From Rickettsiales bacterium (lineage in GTDB: Bacteria > Pseudomonadota > Alphaproteobacteria > Methylaequorales > Methylaequoraceae), in NCBI GenBank assembly GCA_002689325.1, contig NZFP01000015.1, positions 17,967 through 81,966 of the forward strand: a DNA stretch of 64,000 nt, given 5' to 3'. A program made the translations under genes and the position numbers. Below, piece after piece: positions 49,373-58,384 of this stretch; within the stretch, counting starts at the first letter, position 1, and each line of letters opens with the position of its first letter. Under the pieces are notes generated by a model. The model saw only the letters and a list, made by a program, of their open reading frames with translations, had not been told where the DNA came from and searched no databases.

Positions 49373-50476
49373 TTATGCTCTCATTTGCATAATCAAAAAA
49401 ACATTATTCTTAAATGAATCACTTTCAATAATTGTTGGAGCTGTTTTTTCAGAAAAATGGAATTTAACTTTACCACTTTTTATTATTCCTAAAACATCTA
49501 AAATATACTTCGCATTAAAATTAATTGATATTTGTGACCCACTAAAATCTACGCTTAGAGTCTCTGTGCCTATAGATTTGTCATTACCGAATGAACTAAC
49601 TGTACAGCTCCCATTCAAAATTTGAAACTTTACTGTCCTTAATTTATCGTCAGATATAGTAGAGACCCTATCTATTGTCTCACTAAAACTTTTACAATCA
49701 ACTGTCATTGTTTGGTTATTATCTTTTGGTATGACACTTTCATAATCTGGAAAAGATGCATTAATTAATTTTGAAACAAATTGTACATTACCAAAAGTTA
49801 ATTTAATTCTAGTTTTTGAAAAATTTATTTTAACGTTTTCATTGTAGTCTTCTAAAAGCTTTGAAATCTCATATACTGATTTTTTGGGAATAATTATTCC
49901 ATCAAATTTTTTATCTAGTTTCCCCAGAACTGAGCATTTAGAAAGCCTATGACCATCTGTCGCAACAGCTAAAATAGATTCTCCGTTTGTGTGAAGAAAA
50001 ATACCATTCAAGTATTGTCTAGACTCATCCAGTCCCATACAAAACTTAGAATTATTAATTAAAATCTTTAAATCATTTGACTTCAGTGTAATTTCAGCAT
50101 CTAAATTATCTGAATCCATCACAGGAAAATCCTCAATAGGTAATGTCGGGAGCGAAAACTTTGATTTTCCAAAGAAAACGATTACTGAACCACTTTTTTC
50201 ATCTTGTTTCATAGATATTTGAGATGATTCAGGTGCTTTTCTTACAATCTCAAAAAAGAGTTGCGACGGAATTGTAATTCCACCTGTTGTTGAAACGTTT
50301 GCTGTTAAGCTTTCAGATAACTCAAGGGCAAGGTCAGTGGCTGTCAGACTTAAACCGCCTTCTATTGCGTTAATTTTTAAGTTGGAAAGAATTGGAATAG
50401 TATTCCTTCTCTCAACAACACTCTGAAAGTGGCTTAAACAATCCAGTAAACTTTTTTTTGCAATTGAAAATTCCAT
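49373..50476 (-). CDS. dnaN: DNA polymerase III beta sliding clamp
   Basis: 367 aa. Position downstream of dnaA and the N-terminal pattern ...V.ERRNTIPILSNL.... Confidence 0.92.
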   Translation of the reverse strand: MEFSIAKKSLLDCLSHFQSVVERRNTIPILSNLKINAIEGGLSLTATDLALELSESLTANVSTTGGITIPSQLFFEIVRKAPESSQISMKQDEKSGSVIVFFGKSKFSLPTLPIEDFPVMDSDNLDAEITLKSNDLKILINNSKFCMGLDESRQYLNGIFLHTNGESILAVATDGHRLSKCSVLGKLDKKFDGIIIPKKSVYEISKLLEDYNENVKINFSKTRIKLTFGNVQFVSKLINASFPDYESVIPKDNNQTMTVDCKSFSETIDRVSTISDDKLRTVKFQILNGSCTVSSFGNDKSIGTETLSVDFSGSQISINFNAKYILDVLGIIKSGKVKFHFSEKTAPTIIESDSFKNNVFLIMQMRA

Positions 50477-50490
50477 AATTTATTTTAAAC

Positions 50491-51882
50491 TTAAGATTCC
50501 AACATCCTAATAAGTAGTTGAACATCTTCGTCAAAAGATGCATCTTTATTTCTAAGTTCTTCTACTTTTCTCACTGCATGGATCACTGTTGTATGATCTC
50601 TATTCCCAAACCTTCTCCCAATTTCAGGTAAAGATCTTGATGTTAGGTTTTTTGACAAATACATTGCAACTTGCCTAGGTCTAGCAATTGTTCTAGATCT
50701 CCTAGCAGAACTCATATCCGACATTTTGATATTGAAATGCTGAGAAACTTTTTTTTGAATTTCCTCAATGTTTACTTTTTTTTGGGAAGATTTAAGAAGA
50801 TCTTTCAAAAGGTCCTGAACCATGTCTAAATTTATTTCACTTCCAATTAATGAGGAAAAAGCAGACAATCTATTCAAAGCTCCTTCCAATTCCCTTACGT
50901 TGGTTGTAATTTTATGAGCTAAAAACTCCAAAATATTCTCAGAAATTTTTGCTGTAAGTTTTTCTGATTTTGCTTGAAGGATTCCGAGCCTTAATTCATA
51001 AGTTAGTGGATGAATATCTGCAACCAAACCCCACCCTAATCTTGATCTCATTCTTTCTTCAATTCCTTCAAGGTCTTGGGGTGATTTATCAGCAGAAATT
51101 ATAAGTTGCTTATTTTGATCAATTAATGCATTGAAAGTATGAAAAAATTCTTCCTGCGTGGAATCTTTCCCTGAAATAAATTGAACATCATCAATCATTA
51201 AAACATCAACATTCCTAAATTGTTCCTTGAAGGCAACTGTGTTTTTAAATCTTAAAGCCTTAATGAAATGGTACATAAACTTTTCTGCCGACATATAGAT
51301 AACCCTTCTTAAAGGGTTTCTTTTCTTTATTTCATGAGCTATTGCATGCATTAAATGAGTTTTACCTAATCCAACACCTCCATATAAAAACAAAGGATTG
51401 AATGGGACGTCCTTGGCTTCTGAAACTCTTCTCGCCGCAGCGAAAGCTAGTTCATTCGGCTTACCTACAATAAAATTTGAAAAGGTAAATCTACTGTCAA
51501 GATCTGAACTTATCGATCCAAAAACATCTTGATCATTATTAGAAATTTTTACCTCATTCTTTTTTTGGATGTGTTCCAAGCTCTTTTTTGAGTCTTTTTC
51601 TGAATCTTTCTTGGAGACAATTATTTGAATATCATTTATTTTCAGGTTCTCTACTAACCAATAACTTTTAATTATATCTAAGTATTGCTCAATAACCCTT
51701 GTTCTAATAAAGTTACTTGAGACGCTTAGAGTAACTTTGTGATCATCGTAGCCCTCAAAAACTAAAACCTTTATCCAACTTTTAAATTGAGCATCTCCAA
51801 TCTTTTGTCTGATTCTACCCCGAACTGTAACCCATTGAGCCTGGATTTCTACAAGATTATTATCTTGAGATTTTGTATTCAT
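50491..51882 (-). CDS. dnaA: Chromosomal replication initiator protein DnaA
   Basis: GGVGLGKTHL, a box VII-like region and a C-terminal DNA-binding domain (GNRDHTTVIHA). Confidence 0.97.
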   Translation of the reverse strand: MNTKSQDNNLVEIQAQWVTVRGRIRQKIGDAQFKSWIKVLVFEGYDDHKVTLSVSSNFIRTRVIEQYLDIIKSYWLVENLKINDIQIIVSKKDSEKDSKKSLEHIQKKNEVKISNNDQDVFGSISSDLDSRFTFSNFIVGKPNELAFAAARRVSEAKDVPFNPLFLYGGVGLGKTHLMHAIAHEIKKRNPLRRVIYMSAEKFMYHFIKALRFKNTVAFKEQFRNVDVLMIDDVQFISGKDSTQEEFFHTFNALIDQNKQLIISADKSPQDLEGIEERMRSRLGWGLVADIHPLTYELRLGILQAKSEKLTAKISENILEFLAHKITTNVRELEGALNRLSAFSSLIGSEINLDMVQDLLKDLLKSSQKKVNIEEIQKKVSQHFNIKMSDMSSARRSRTIARPRQVAMYLSKNLTSRSLPEIGRRFGNRDHTTVIHAVRKVEELRNKDASFDEDVQLLIRMLES

Positions 51883-51888
51883 TAAAAA

Positions 51889-52311
51889 TTATCCTTGCTT
51901 CCATGGAAGATTATGAAATTTCCAACCATTTACCAGACCTCTATGTCCAAAATTATTGTGAGAGCCCTCAAAACCCTCAGAGCAATTAAAGCAACTTTCA
52001 TACCCTTGAGATGTCAAAAATTCTGCAGCAGACCTAGATCTGGCCCCGGATCTACATAAAAAAATGATTTTAGAATTTTTTGTTACGTTGGTTTCACTAA
52101 TTTCCTGAAGAAATCTTGGGTTTTTTTCCATTGTAGGGAAGGTTTGCCACTCTACAAATAATACTTTTTTTCCTAAAGAATCTAAGTCAGGAACTCCAAC
52201 CAAGGACCACTCAGCAGATGTTCGACAATCAACCAAAAAGCAGTCACTATTTAGTTTTATTGTGTCCCAGGCTTCATTAGGTGAGAGATCACCTGCATAA
52301 TCTAAATCCAT
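51889..52311 (-). CDS. Single-domain rhodanese sulfurtransferase
   Basis: 140 aa with the active-site loop CRSGARS. Confidence 0.82.
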   Translation of the reverse strand: MDLDYAGDLSPNEAWDTIKLNSDCFLVDCRTSAEWSLVGVPDLDSLGKKVLFVEWQTFPTMEKNPRFLQEISETNVTKNSKIIFLCRSGARSRSAAEFLTSQGYESCFNCSEGFEGSHNNFGHRGLVNGWKFHNLPWKQG

Positions 52312-52378
52312 AAAAATTTCCTACAAAAGCTAAGATTAGCTAATAACAATATTTAGATCAACATAAACAAAAAAAAAT

Positions 52379-52645
52379 TTATTTCGGGCTGGTTTTGAGC
52401 CTTTTAGACAACCTTGAGACGATTCTTGATGCTGTATTTTTTTTTAAAAAACCCTTAGTAGCAGCTTTAGCAATTTCTGCCTCTAATTTTAGAAAGTTTT
52501 CCTTAATGGTAGTCTTTTTACCAGCAGATATTGTTGACTCATAGTTTTTGATACCAGTCCTAATTCTGGAAAGCCTGAATCTGTTGATTTCTGTACGTCT
52601 TTGACTTTGTAAAATTCTTTTTTTTGCCGATTTAATATTTGCCAT
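52379..52645 (-). CDS. rpsT: 30S ribosomal protein S20
   Basis: MANIKSAKKR... start. The ORF track begins two codons earlier at a TTG. Confidence 0.92.
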   Translation of the reverse strand: MANIKSAKKRILQSQRRTEINRFRLSRIRTGIKNYESTISAGKKTTIKENFLKLEAEIAKAATKGFLKKNTASRIVSRLSKRLKTSPK

Positions 52646-52653
52646 ATCCAAGT

Positions 52654-52682
52654 TTTATACTTTTCTAGACATGGAGGGTCAA
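52654..52682 (-). promoter_or_regulatory. Candidate sigma70 promoter for rpsT
   Basis: The minus strand reads TTGACC (52682-52677), 17 nt, TATAAA (52659-52654). The -10 element ends 8 nt before the rpsT ATG, so the leader would be very short or absent. Confidence 0.35.
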
Positions 52683-52689
52683 GGTTAAT

Positions 52690-53040
52690 TTAATTATTTT
52701 TTGGTGAAATGATAAAGACTACTTTTGTTTCTCCATTTTCAATTAAATATTGAATTTCTAATATTTCACTTCCTCTTGCAAAAGAATTTTTTTTTAATGA
52801 TTTCCATCCCAGATTTGGTAATACTTTCTTATAATACTCTTGTATTTCTAAAACCTCATATTCGCCTTTTATTTCAGAATACAAATATCTACCTTCAACC
52901 TTGTCAAAAAGAATATAAGTATCTTCAATACTTCTCATATCTTTAAAGATTGGAATATCATCTAACCCATAAACAAATTGTTCAGCTACTGCTTGGAAGT
53001 GTATAAAGAAAAAAATGATAATTTTAAAAAATATCTGCAT
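52690..53040 (-). CDS. Hypothetical secreted protein (116 aa)
   Basis: Signal-like N-terminus (IIIFFFIHFQAVA). No family recognised. Its stop abuts the rpsT promoter region. Confidence 0.45.
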   Translation of the reverse strand: MQIFFKIIIFFFIHFQAVAEQFVYGLDDIPIFKDMRSIEDTYILFDKVEGRYLYSEIKGEYEVLEIQEYYKKVLPNLGWKSLKKNSFARGSEILEIQYLIENGETKVVFIISPKNN

Positions 53041-53862
53041 TTATTTTTGACACTTTGCACAGAAAAACGTTGACCTTCCGCATTGTTTAATTTTTTTAAT
53101 AGTCACACCTTTAAAACATCTCAAGCATTTTTTTTTATCTCTAGAATAAACTTTTAACTTATTTTTAAAGTAACCAATTTTTTCTTCAGAGACAATAAAG
53201 TTTTTAATAGTTGTTCCTCCAAAAGAAATAGATTTTTTTAGAATTTTTTTGGTTGATGTTATTATATTCTCAATCTCAAGATTATTTAAGGAGTTGGTTT
53301 TTCGTAAAGGACTAATTCTTGCCTCATGAAGAATCTCAGAGCAATAGATATTTCCTAAACCTGATATAAAAGATTGGTTCATTAATAAACTTTTTAAATC
53401 AATAGTCCGTTTCCTGAAGGAATTAAAATAATTTAAATTAAAACTTTTACTTAATGGTTCAACACCCATGTTAATGAGGTGCGATGAACCAAAAATTTCA
53501 CTTTCATGGTAAATTTTTACAAATCCAAACTTCCTTATATCATTAAATATAAGTACCTTTCTGTCTAAAAAAAAAATTATATGATCATGTTTTTTTTCTT
53601 TTATTTGGTCACTTAAACGAAAATATCCAGTCATACCCAAATGTATTAATAAACTAAATTTAGAATCTTTAAATAAAAGTATTAAATATTTACCCCTTCT
53701 TAAAATTTTTGCTATTATGGAGTTTCGTAATCTTAAATTTAGATTTGAAGGGATCTTATATCTTAACTTTTCATTGACTATTGAAATTTTTAGAATTTTT
53801 TTTCCAACAATATGAGATTCTAAAAAACATCTTACAACCTCAACCTCAGGTAACTCTGGCAT
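53041..53862 (-). CDS. mutM: Formamidopyrimidine-DNA glycosylase
   Basis: The universal N-terminus MPELPEVE begins at 53862, and there is a C-terminal zinc finger CLRC...CAKC. The longer 377 aa ORF in the track is an upstream extension. Confidence 0.92.
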   Translation of the reverse strand: MPELPEVEVVRCFLESHIVGKKILKISIVNEKLRYKIPSNLNLRLRNSIIAKILRRGKYLILLFKDSKFSLLIHLGMTGYFRLSDQIKEKKHDHIIFFLDRKVLIFNDIRKFGFVKIYHESEIFGSSHLINMGVEPLSKSFNLNYFNSFRKRTIDLKSLLMNQSFISGLGNIYCSEILHEARISPLRKTNSLNNLEIENIITSTKKILKKSISFGGTTIKNFIVSEEKIGYFKNKLKVYSRDKKKCLRCFKGVTIKKIKQCGRSTFFCAKCQK

Positions 53863-54583
53863 GCCCGATAGTAACTTAAAAAAATCAAAAAACACTAAAA
53901 AAATTGTGAAAAAAAAATTTGTAAGTCGTGTCTTTTCAAGTGTTTCGAAAAAATATGACTTTATGAATGATTTAATGAGTTTTGGCTTACATAGAATTTG
54001 GAAAGAGCAACTTATTTCCTTGTTAGAAATTTCTAAAGATTCTTTGGTTCTCGATCTTGCAACTGGCTCTGGAGATATTTCAAAAAAAATAAACGAGAAA
54101 TATGGCTGCAAGTGTATCGCGCTTGACGCTAACATGGAAATGTTAGAGATTGCAAAAAAAAAAAATAACTCCAATACACCATTTTATATTAATGCTAATG
54201 CTGAAAACCTACCCTTTAAAAAATTTATTTTTGACTTTGTTGTTGTAAGTTTTGGTTTAAGAAATTTTACCGACATCCCAAAATCTCTTGAACAAATTCA
54301 TGGAGTTTTAAAAAAAAAAGGAACATTTATCTGTCTTGAATTTAGTGAAGTAAATAACCCTATTTTTAGAAATATTGTAAAGGTTTACTTTAAAACTATT
54401 CCCAAACTAGGCCAATTATTTGCTAATAATAAATTTGCATATGATTACTTAGTTGAAAGTATACTCAATTTCCCAAATCAAATTCAGCTTACAAAAAAAT
54501 TATCACTTGCAGGATTCAAAACTGTAAAAGTAATTGATATTATTGATGGTATAGCTGCAATTCATATTTCTAAAAAACAATGA
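53861..54583 (+). CDS. ubiE: Demethylmenaquinone/ubiquinone C-methyltransferase
   Basis: YDFMNDLMSFGLHRIWK and the LDLATGSGD SAM motif. An alternative in-frame GTG start lies at 53906. Confidence 0.9.
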   Translation: MPDSNLKKSKNTKKIVKKKFVSRVFSSVSKKYDFMNDLMSFGLHRIWKEQLISLLEISKDSLVLDLATGSGDISKKINEKYGCKCIALDANMEMLEIAKKKNNSNTPFYINANAENLPFKKFIFDFVVVSFGLRNFTDIPKSLEQIHGVLKKKGTFICLEFSEVNNPIFRNIVKVYFKTIPKLGQLFANNKFAYDYLVESILNFPNQIQLTKKLSLAGFKTVKVIDIIDGIAAIHISKKQ

Positions 54584-55782
54584 ACTTTCTGAAAGATAAA
54601 AAAATTCTTCTTATTGTTACTGGAGGAATTGCCTGTTACAAAACTTTAGATCTTATAAGAAGACTTCAAGATAAAGGAAGTCAAGTTGAATGTATTTTAA
54701 CTTCCAACGCACAAGAATTTGTAAAAGTAATTACATTCGAAAGTCTATTGGCAAAAAAAGTTAAATCAAACCTATTTTCCTTAGATCAAGAAAAAAATAT
54801 GAATCACATTAAACTTGCAAATGATGCTGAAATTATTTTAGTGGCGCCATGCACGGCTAACTTTATTTCAAAAATTTCTAATGGTGTGGCTGATGACCTT
54901 GCTACAAACGTTATGCTTGCTTCGAATAAGCCAAAAATAGTAGCACCTGCGATGAATACTAATATGTGGAAGAACAGAGCAGTTCAGAACAACATTAATA
55001 CTCTAAAAAAGCTTGGTGTCACTGTTTTATCCCCTGAATCTGGAAAGTTAGCATGCAGAACTGAAGGAAAAGGGAAGCTAATGGACATAGATTTGATAGT
55101 AGAAAATTTAAACGTGTTTTTCTCAGAAAAAAAGCTTGATGGTATCAATGCAATTGTTACAGCGGGACCATCACTAGAAAAGATCGACCCAATAAGATTC
55201 ATAGGAAACTTTTCCTCTGGGCTACAAGGGTATGAGATTGCAGAAACTTTATCTTTTTTTGGGGCAAAAACTATTTTAATTAGCGGTCCAACAAAGATTT
55301 CACCTCCGTCCAATGTTGAATTTATTCCAGTAGAATCAGGTGAAGAGTTTTTAAAAAAATCAATAGAAAAACTTCCGGCTGATGTTTATATTTCTGTCGC
55401 AGCAATCTCAGATTGGAAAGCCAAAAATATGTCAGAAAAAAAATTAAAAAAAAAAACAACTTTCACCAGTTTTGATTTAGAACAAAATAAAGATGTCCTG
55501 AGATCAATATGCACTCATAAAAAAAGACCAAAGCTTGTGATAGGTTTTTCAGCGGAAACAGAAAATTTATTAAAAAATTCAAAAAAAAAGTTTCAAATAA
55601 AACAATGTGACTGGATGATTGCTAACAAAATCACAAAAAATTATGGATTTAAATCGAATAAAAATAAAGTTTTTTTTATCGAAAAAAATAATATTGAGGA
55701 ATGGAAAGTTATGACAAAAAAACTTGTTGCAAGAAAACTCGTAAAAAAAATTGTTTCTTTTTTTAAAAACTATAAGTTATAA
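54580..55782 (+). CDS. coaBC: Bifunctional phosphopantothenoylcysteine decarboxylase / synthetase
   Basis: Flavoprotein N-terminal domain (LIVTGGIACYK, PAMNTNMW) plus a DFP C-terminal domain (ITAGP-like VTAGPS, AAISDW). Confidence 0.9.
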   Translation: MNFLKDKKILLIVTGGIACYKTLDLIRRLQDKGSQVECILTSNAQEFVKVITFESLLAKKVKSNLFSLDQEKNMNHIKLANDAEIILVAPCTANFISKISNGVADDLATNVMLASNKPKIVAPAMNTNMWKNRAVQNNINTLKKLGVTVLSPESGKLACRTEGKGKLMDIDLIVENLNVFFSEKKLDGINAIVTAGPSLEKIDPIRFIGNFSSGLQGYEIAETLSFFGAKTILISGPTKISPPSNVEFIPVESGEEFLKKSIEKLPADVYISVAAISDWKAKNMSEKKLKKKTTFTSFDLEQNKDVLRSICTHKKRPKLVIGFSAETENLLKNSKKKFQIKQCDWMIANKITKNYGFKSNKNKVFFIEKNNIEEWKVMTKKLVARKLVKKIVSFFKNYKL

Positions 55783-55786
55783 AATT

Positions 55787-56233
55787 ATGAATAAAATCTT
55801 TTTTAAGACCTTAGATAACGGTAAAGATCTATATAAACCTGAAAAAGCCACATTAGGAAGTGCTGGTTTTGATTTGGTTGCAGCTATACCTGATGAAATA
55901 TCTCTTAAACCGAGTGAGACTCTTTTAATTCCTTGTGGCTTTTCACTGGAACTACCAAAAAGCTTTGAAGCTCAGGTAAGACCTAGGTCAGGAATAGCTT
56001 TAAAAAACCAGGTAACAGTTTTAAATTCTCCTGGAACAATTGACTCTGATTACAGAGGTGAAATAGGTGTTATATTGATTAATCATGGTAAAAGGAATTT
56101 TGATATTGAAAGAGGTATGAGAATTGCTCAAATTGTTTTTCAAAAGCTTCCCGAAATAGAGATAATTGAATCAGATACTCTTTCCAGAACCGATAGAGAT
56201 AAAGGAGGGTTTGGTTCAACCGGTTTGGATTGA
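55787..56233 (+). CDS. dut: dUTP diphosphatase
   Basis: GSAGFDL, RPRSG, GTIDSDYRGE and GGFGSTG motifs. Start set at MNKIFFK. Confidence 0.92.
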   Translation: MNKIFFKTLDNGKDLYKPEKATLGSAGFDLVAAIPDEISLKPSETLLIPCGFSLELPKSFEAQVRPRSGIALKNQVTVLNSPGTIDSDYRGEIGVILINHGKRNFDIERGMRIAQIVFQKLPEIEIIESDTLSRTDRDKGGFGSTGLD

Positions 56234-56685
56234 ATGGAGGTAATTTGTTCAAAATACAAAAAAGAATCATTTACGCAATTGAAGCTGTTTTAGATATTGC
56301 TCTAAATGCAGGAATCAATCCAGTTCAAAACGTAGCAATAGCAAAAAGACAAGGAATTCCAAAAAGATATTTAGAACAGACTCTTCAAATATTAGTGAAG
56401 AATAATATTTTAGTGGCTTCTAGGGGACCTAGAGGCGGGTATCGTTTAGCAAAAGAAAGAAGAAAGATAAATATTTTAGATATAATAAGATCTGTTACTA
56501 AAGAAAAGGAAGTAAATGACTTGTATAAATCAAATATTTCTAAAATAATTATTCAACCAATGATCAATAAATTTCTTGAAGATTCCATGGTTTATCTAGA
56601 TAAGATTTCGGTTGAAAATCTTTATAATCAATACAAAAAAAAAAATAAAGATAATCCTAATAAGAAAGTAGACTTTGTTATTTAA
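56230..56685 (+). CDS. Rrf2-family transcriptional regulator without cysteine ligands (CymR-like)
   Basis: Winged-helix pattern (...YAIEAVLDIA......V.IAKRQGIPKRYLEQ.LQ.L.....V.S.RG..GGY.LA). The protein has no Cys. TTG start; the exact start is uncertain. Confidence 0.78.
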   Translation: MNGGNLFKIQKRIIYAIEAVLDIALNAGINPVQNVAIAKRQGIPKRYLEQTLQILVKNNILVASRGPRGGYRLAKERRKINILDIIRSVTKEKEVNDLYKSNISKIIIQPMINKFLEDSMVYLDKISVENLYNQYKKKNKDNPNKKVDFVI

Positions 56686-57622
56686 AAATAAAAAAGTATT
56701 TGAATCTATTGACCAAACTATAGGAAATACACCAATGGTAAGGCTAAAAAATTTAAAAAAAAAATTTAATTTAAACGGACAAATAATTGCCAAACTAGAA
56801 TTCTTCAACCCTCTTGGGTCAGTGAAAGATAGAATTGGTTTGGCGATGATTGATCAAGCTGAGAAGGAAAAAAAAATAAATTCTGAAACAACAATAATTG
56901 AACCTACCTCTGGCAATACCGGAATCGCATTAGCTTTTGTATGTGCCACAAGAGGCTATAAACTAATTCTAACAATGCCTTCAAGTATGTCTTTAGAAAG
57001 AAGAAAAATGCTTAATTTTTTTGGAGCTAAAATTATTCTTACTCCAAAAGAAATGGGAATGTTTGGTGCAATCAACAAAGCAAAAGAAATTAACAAGAAT
57101 ATACCGAATAGTATAATTTTGGATCAATTTTCAAATAAAGCAAACCCGTCTATTCATTATAATACAACAGCCAGAGAAATATGGGATGGTGTTGATGGAA
57201 AAATTAACAATTTAATATCGGGTGTAGGTACAGGAGGAACTATTTCTGGAGTTGGTACTTTTTTAAAGGAAAAGAATAAAAATATAAAAATTATTGCTGT
57301 AGAACCAGAGGACTCAGCCGTTATAAGTGGAAGAGAGGCTGGTTCACATTCAATTCAAGGAATAGGCGCTGGTTTCATCCCGAAAAATTTAGATGTAAGT
57401 ATAATTGATGAAACCCTTTCAATAAGTAACAATTCTGCTTTTTTTTTTTCACGAGAATTAGCTAAGTGCGAAGGGATCCCAGGCGGTATATCCACTGGTG
57501 CAGCTATTGCTGCAGCAATTGAAATTCATGAAAGAAAAGAAATGCAAAATCTTTGTAGTGTAATAATTATTCCTTCTTTTGCTGAAAGATATTTATCAAC
57601 TGAACTTTTTAATGAATCTTGA
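56675..57622 (+). CDS. cysK: Cysteine synthase A-type PLP enzyme (O-acetylserine sulfhydrylase family)
   Basis: IGNTPMVRL, NPLGSVKDR (PLP Lys), PTSGNTGIALA and GVGTGGTISG. Confidence 0.9.
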   Translation: MLFKNKKVFESIDQTIGNTPMVRLKNLKKKFNLNGQIIAKLEFFNPLGSVKDRIGLAMIDQAEKEKKINSETTIIEPTSGNTGIALAFVCATRGYKLILTMPSSMSLERRKMLNFFGAKIILTPKEMGMFGAINKAKEINKNIPNSIILDQFSNKANPSIHYNTTAREIWDGVDGKINNLISGVGTGGTISGVGTFLKEKNKNIKIIAVEPEDSAVISGREAGSHSIQGIGAGFIPKNLDVSIIDETLSISNNSAFFFSRELAKCEGIPGGISTGAAIAAAIEIHERKEMQNLCSVIIIPSFAERYLSTELFNES

Positions 57623-58383
57623 TGTCAAAACTTACCGACAAACAAATTGAAAAATACTCTCGTCAAATCATAATTGAAAAGATTGGTTTAAGTGGTCAAA
57701 AAAAAATTCTTAACTCTTCTATTTGTATAGTTGGCTGCGGGGGGTTAGGTTCCTCTGCAGCTCAATACCTTTCAATGACTGGGATTGGAAATATAATGCT
57801 TATAGATAATGACCTTATCAATCTTAGTAATTTAAATAGGCAAACTTTATTCTTTGAGAGAGATATTGGTAAATTTAAAGTTGATACTCTTAAAAAAAAT
57901 TTACAGGAGATCAACCCTGAAGCAAAGATTAATATTAGTAAAAAAAAGATTAACAAAAAAAATATAGACAGCTATTTATCTCCGTACAAAATAATACTTG
58001 ATTGCACAGATAATTTTAAATCAAGATATCTAATTAATGAGTACTGTTTAAAAAAGAAAAAAATATTAGTAAGTGCAGCTCTTCAAAATTTTGATTTACA
58101 AGCATCAGTTTTTGCATCATGGAAAAAAGGACAGTATTATCCATGTTACAACTGTATCTTTCCTAAAATACATAATACTATTAATCAAAGCTGTGATGAA
58201 CAAGGAATTGCTGCACCTGTTGCTGGTTTTGGTGGGGTATTACAAGCTATGTTAACTATTAAATTAATAATTTCTTCGTCTCAAAAAATTTTTCAGGAAC
58301 TTATTTTATTTGATACATTTGAAAGAAACTTTCAAAAAATTAAAATTAAGAGAAACCCTGATTGTAAGATCTGCAAGACGTGA
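57619..58383 (+). CDS. ThiF/MoeB/HesA-family E1-like adenylyltransferase
   Basis: YSRQI, VGCGGLGS, LIDNDLINLSNLNRQ and two CxxC pairs (CYNC, CKIC). Confidence 0.82.
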   Translation: MMSKLTDKQIEKYSRQIIIEKIGLSGQKKILNSSICIVGCGGLGSSAAQYLSMTGIGNIMLIDNDLINLSNLNRQTLFFERDIGKFKVDTLKKNLQEINPEAKINISKKKINKKNIDSYLSPYKIILDCTDNFKSRYLINEYCLKKKKILVSAALQNFDLQASVFASWKKGQYYPCYNCIFPKIHNTINQSCDEQGIAAPVAGFGGVLQAMLTIKLIISSSQKIFQELILFDTFERNFQKIKIKRNPDCKICKT

Positions 58384-58384
58384 C

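Noticed and set aside
52312-52378. Short AGCTAA-tc-TTAGCT inverted repeat after rpsT as a terminator
   Set aside because: It has a 6-bp A/T-rich stem with a 2-nt loop and a weak T-tail, which is too unstable to call. It may still contribute, but the sequence alone does not support it.
53863-54174. N-terminal 104-aa extension of the mutM ORF (the 377-aa version in the ORF track)
   Set aside because: Fpg requires the processed N-terminal Pro of MPELPEVE, which starts at 53862. The extension is antisense to ubiE and has no recognisable features.
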